Source: Klebsormidium nitens (taxonomy: Eukaryota > Plantae > Klebsormidiophyceae). Taken from it: DNA of 64,000 nt. A program made the translations under genes and the position numbers. The notes beneath the pieces were generated by a model, which worked only from the letters and a program-made list of their open reading frames with translations, made no database searches and was not told the origin of the DNA. The DNA is taken from NCBI GenBank assembly GCA_000708835.1, contig DF237321.1, positions 1-64,000 of the forward strand. The letters run 5' to 3'. Below are positions 60,301 to 64,000 of the stretch, one piece after another. How positions within the stretch are numbered: position 1 is the stretch's first letter; each line of letters begins with the position of its first letter.

Positions 60301-63300
60301 CATTCCCGCAAAAAACTTCTTCTTAGACCATCTCCGAGACCAGCTGCGCACTGTGCGCAATACGATGAGCATTCGAAGCTGCACATATTTGGAAAATTCC
60401 TCTACTTGTTTCCGCCACTAAAATTGGCATCCTACTCCGTTTGCAGGGAAGACCATCTGCAAGAGCAGCTGCGCACGGCACGCGACACGTTGAGCAACAT
60501 GCAGAAGCTGCACGAGTACGGGCAGAGCCAGCTGTTCGAGCTGCGGACGCAGTCGGAGGAGGAGCGCGCCGTGCGCCACTCGGAGCTGACGCTGCTCACG
60601 GACGAAGTGGAGCGGGCGCAGGCGCGGCTGATGCAGCTGGAGAAAGAGAAGGTGGGAAGTTTGAAAACTTTATGGCGGCCTTGATCTGCGAGGGCGGGTG
60701 TGGAGAATAGCGTACAGAATTTGATCTCAGGTTCCGGATCTCAGGACATTCCGGATCTGAGGAAACGACCGCCGGGGGTTCAGTTCTCTCCTATTCTGCA
60801 ACCCCTCTTACAATGTCTGCGAATTTCACGCGGCCGCCCGGTGAAAGTGAGGAATACGATCAGCGCCGTTCGATGCAAATTCTTGCAAACCGAAGGGCCT
60901 AGATTCTTTGTCCGCGACCGGCGGACTCCGGAGTCGTACGATACATACTACAGGTGTCGCCGGTCCCGAGATCGGGAAAGGACCTGAGGTTAGGAATTTT
61001 GTGCGCTATTCTCCACACCCGCCCTCTCTAGAGACTCCGAGGGCCAGTGCGTGAGGCGATGTTCGTATAGCAAGAGAATGGCGGGGCCGTTGAGCAGCGC
61101 TTTACTTTCTAGTGATCGACATCTGAAACCGCTACAGAGTGTGAGCTTAGCTCGGTCGATGAAGTGCTTTTGTACGTTCACTTCGAGGATTTGGGGTAAA
61201 CTTTATTTCTGAGGTTTTTGAAACCTTCACAACTTTGGACGGCGGTCGAAGGGCATCCTGCACATCGAAAGACTGCGAAGTCAGGTGCGAGAGCTGCAAC
61301 CAAGGTCGAGTGTAGACGTGACCGATGGATGGTATCTCAGCTGTTTGCTCTAGATACCCGCGAAGCTTAAGCCCAAAGAATTTACAGTATTGACGAGTAT
61401 ACAGAAATGGAAAAGGTCACAGGAGACCTATGAGCCAGGTCCAGACGTTTGACTTGGATCAGATTTAATCTCGATTGGTCGTACGCGATCTATTGTTCGA
61501 AAGAGATTTTTTTGTGCAGAATTGAGGGCCGAAAATTTGGGACCTTACTTCGTTCTAAATACAGCAAGAGCGTTGCATTTTCTGCGAGCACATGAGCACC
61601 TAAATCCTCCTGTGAACCTGCTTCAGCGCTTGTACGTTGGGTTTGCCGCACCTCACAATCCGCGTAAGTATTCTGCAAATTTTGACGTACACACTTCCAG
61701 ACAACTCAAATACGTCGCCTTCCTGCGGGCACAGGAAGACTTGCGGAGCCAGGTCCAGACATCCAACGAGGGCGGGGGCGTTCGGACGTCCGAGCCGCAC
61801 CTTATTGAATCACTCTCTTTGCGATGCTGACCAAGAGGTGGAATTTGAGACTCCAGACAGCGCGCGAATGCTGCCTTTTTGCGTGAGCAGGAGGACTTGC
61901 GGGGCCAAGTCCAGGCGTCCAACGAGGGCGGGGGCGTGCGGACGTCCGAGCCGCCCTTTCTGATAAAGAACTGCTCTGCGATGCTGACTAAGAGCTGGAG
62001 ATTGAGACTCCAGACAGCGCGCGAATGCTGCCTTTTTGCGTGAGCAGGAGGACCTGCGGGGCCAGGTTCAAGCGTCCAACGAGGGCGGGGGTGTCCGGAC
62101 GTCCGACCCGTATGACGACAGCCACCTGGAGGCGGCGCTGCTGGCGAAGGAGAAAGTGATCAGCGAACTGCACGCGGAGCTGCACAAACTAGAGACGGCA
62201 CTTGCGGGGGAGAAGGAGGAGCGGCTGGCGGAGATTAAGAAGCTGCACGTGGCACTCGACGAGAAGGTGGGGCTCCGGATTTTAGGAAACTACATTGATC
62301 AAGGTTTGGAAGACTTCGGTATAAACGAGGAAAGCATGGCAGAACCAGACATGGATTCGTGCTTTCCAAAGTGCTCCAATGCTTCCTGTGCGTGTATCTT
62401 TGTTCATGTTGATCCACGAGCGCTGGCTGATTGAGAAGTCATAGGAAGCCGTCGACGATAAGTTGACTTGGAGGGGTTTACCTCTTTCTTTATCTTTGCC
62501 TTCAAGGAGTGGTCCTAACCATAAGCACACCGTCATAGTCGCTTCACCATCTTCACAAACCTGTCTGGTAGCCGATGTCAACAGCTCGAAGCGGATTGCT
62601 GCAGGGCCGCTGCAAAGCAGGGTCGACGGTCTGTGCAAGCAGCTGACGACCAAAGCTGTGGCGCAAAGATGCAGCGTTGAAAGCGCGCATTCACCCCTCC
62701 TGATCTCTTTTTGCAGGTTGCTGAAGTTCAAAACCTTCAAGCCGAGCTCCTTCAGCAGCAAGCCGACGTTGAAACAGGCCAAAATGCTGTGAAAGCAGGT
62801 GCAAGAGAAGGATGTCGAGGCGCTTTCAAGCCGCGCTCTTGAAATTGCTTTTCAAGCTCCCGTGTCTTGCTCCACAGGTTTCTGAAGTTGAAAGCCTCAA
62901 CGCCGAGCTCCTCAGCCGCCGACATCGAAGCACTTGGACGTTTTGCGCAAGCGGGTGAAGACATAGTCAGCCAAAGCAGTCTTTGATATGCTCGCTTCTT
63001 GAAGCATTCTAATCTCTGTTCACAGGTTTCTGAAGTTGAGAGCCTCAAAGCCGAGCTTCTCCAGCGGCCGACTTCGAAGCAGGTGGATGATCTGCGCAAG
63101 CAGGTGAAGATCCTGCAGGCGGTGGGGTACAACTCGGTGGAGGCGGAGGACTGGGAGATTGCGACACGTGGCGACGACATCGGCAAGCTGGAGACGCTGC
63201 TGCTGGACAAGAACCGGCGGCTCGAGCACGAGCTGACGCAAGCAAAGGTGGGCGGGGCTGAAATGGGAGAAGTGCTTGATTAGAGTGGTTGCTAATGGTC

Positions 63301-64000
63301 CGCAAATGTGATCAAACTGAAGTAGCTTTAGCTATCGAGCACGAGCTGTCGCAAGCAAAGGTGGGCGGGGCAGGAATGGGAGAAGTGCTTAACTAGAGTG
63401 GTCGAAAACTTGTCTGCCTATGTGATCAAAACCGAAGTCGCGCTATCTTTCGAGCACGAGCTTTTATCTTTCGAGCACGAGCACGAGCAAGCAAAGGTGG
63501 GCGCGCTGAAAACGGTATTGAGGTTCGATATTTCTCGTGATAATTCGGATGAATCAGTTGTATGCGGCTGGTCAAAACAGGCGGCTCGAGCGAAAGCCTC
63601 CAGAAATGGAGGTGCGCCGTTGAGCACAGGCCCGTAATCCTGGGGCTTTTGAATATCCAAACCAGATGCTGAATGCCTGGAGCGCTCCTTCATCTCCTTC
63701 TCGACTGATTCAGGAAATCGACCACTCTGAAGCAGGTACTACAATCCATCTGTGCCAAGCCTTTCATTGGGAGCTTGCGACGTCGGCGAGCATTTTTTCG
63801 GGGCCATCAGCTCCTTCAATGCTCGCTTCAGAGCTGCCTACTGTTTTGAATCCTACATAGAAACAAATGCCGAATTGAGCCACCTCTTCGCAGGTGCAAC
63901 TGTCAGAGCGGAGTGCGGAGGCTGAGAAAGCCCTCCAAAAAGTAAAGGAGCTATCGGCCAAGATCGAGGAGCAACGGGACCTCATCGTGCGGCTGGAAGA
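57379..64000 (+). CDS. CASP: Golgin CASP (CUX1 alternatively spliced product / Coy1 homologue), 5' part, truncated by the window end
   Basis: SPISVVLGYWK | EFDLENARGKLDEQGLRIAEHQEQSMTNRRKLAESTR | DFKKADTEEKVKLFGPLLKAYQEEVDNLTKRAKFGENAFLNVYQKLYEAPDP, then coiled-coil exons (LKNQQ|VTVRRLEERNRQLEQQMEEKV, QKLHEYGQSQLFELR, LRKQVKILQAVGYN, LLLDKNRRLEHELTQAK). These match the plant CASP architecture. Confidence 0.93.
60010..60385 (+). repeat. Three echoes of the acceptor/5' edge of the CASP exon starting at 60447
   Basis: cag|ggaagaccat... copies at 60010-60087 and 60191-60283, plus a partial copy at 60325-60385. Confidence 0.88.
61725..62047 (+). repeat. Two ~157-bp tandem units echoing the acceptor/5' edge of the CASP exon starting at 62048
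   Basis: cag|gaagacttgcggagccag (61735), cag|gaggacttgcggggccaa (61891), live cag|gaggacctgcggggccag (62048). The intronic halves are nearly identical. Confidence 0.92.
62710..62960 (+). repeat. Two echoes of the acceptor/5' edge of the CASP exon starting at 63026
   Basis: cag|gttgctgaagttcaaaacc (62717), cag|gtttctgaagttgaaagcc (62878), live cag|gtttctgaagttgagagcc (63026). Confidence 0.88.
63335..63510 (+). repeat. Two echoes of the 3' edge plus donor of the CASP exon ending at 63247
   Basis: cgagcacgagc...caagcaaag|gtgggcg repeated with donors after 63247 (live), 63360 and 63496. Confidence 0.88.

Noticed and set aside
60010-63510. Echo arrays considered as CRISPR-like arrays or as mutually exclusive exons
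   Set aside because: The repeats are exon-derived, with no unique spacers or cas genes. The echoes lack in-phase donors or acceptors, or contain stops, so they cannot substitute for the full exon.
1-64000. tRNA, rRNA or snRNA genes and intact transposase or reverse-transcriptase ORFs
   Set aside because: No cloverleaf, T-loop, Sm-site or RT/integrase/transposase motifs were recognised by eye. tRNAscan-SE and Infernal were not run.

Overview
Eukaryotic, intron-rich genomic window. The GC3-rich exons, GT/GC-AG introns, plant-type gene set and intronic TTTAGGG-like tracts suggest a streptophyte green alga such as Klebsormidium (inference). Eight spliced or single-exon genes were reconstructed by hand: a plant NADK1-type NAD kinase (+), a small MIF4G-like protein (-), a complete ~1500-aa alpha-2-macroglobulin/thioester protein with an intact CFEQ motif (+), plastid KAS II (+), a divergent condensin CAP-D2/D3-like HEAT protein (+), PTH2 (-), a YqaJ/lambda-exonuclease-like nuclease with a long disordered N-terminus (+), and a small U-box protein (-). 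A ninth gene, the golgin CASP (+), runs off the window end. Two things stand out. (1) A bacterial-type thioester macroglobulin, fully intronised and apparently without a signal peptide, sits in a green-lineage genome. (2) Introns of four genes carry short tandem 'echo' copies of the adjacent splice junction plus exon edge. These often differ from the live exon mainly at synonymous positions, and the echoed exon segments have lower GC3. No rRNA, tRNA, CRISPR array or intact transposon could be supported. Exon boundaries are manual and untested against RNA data.
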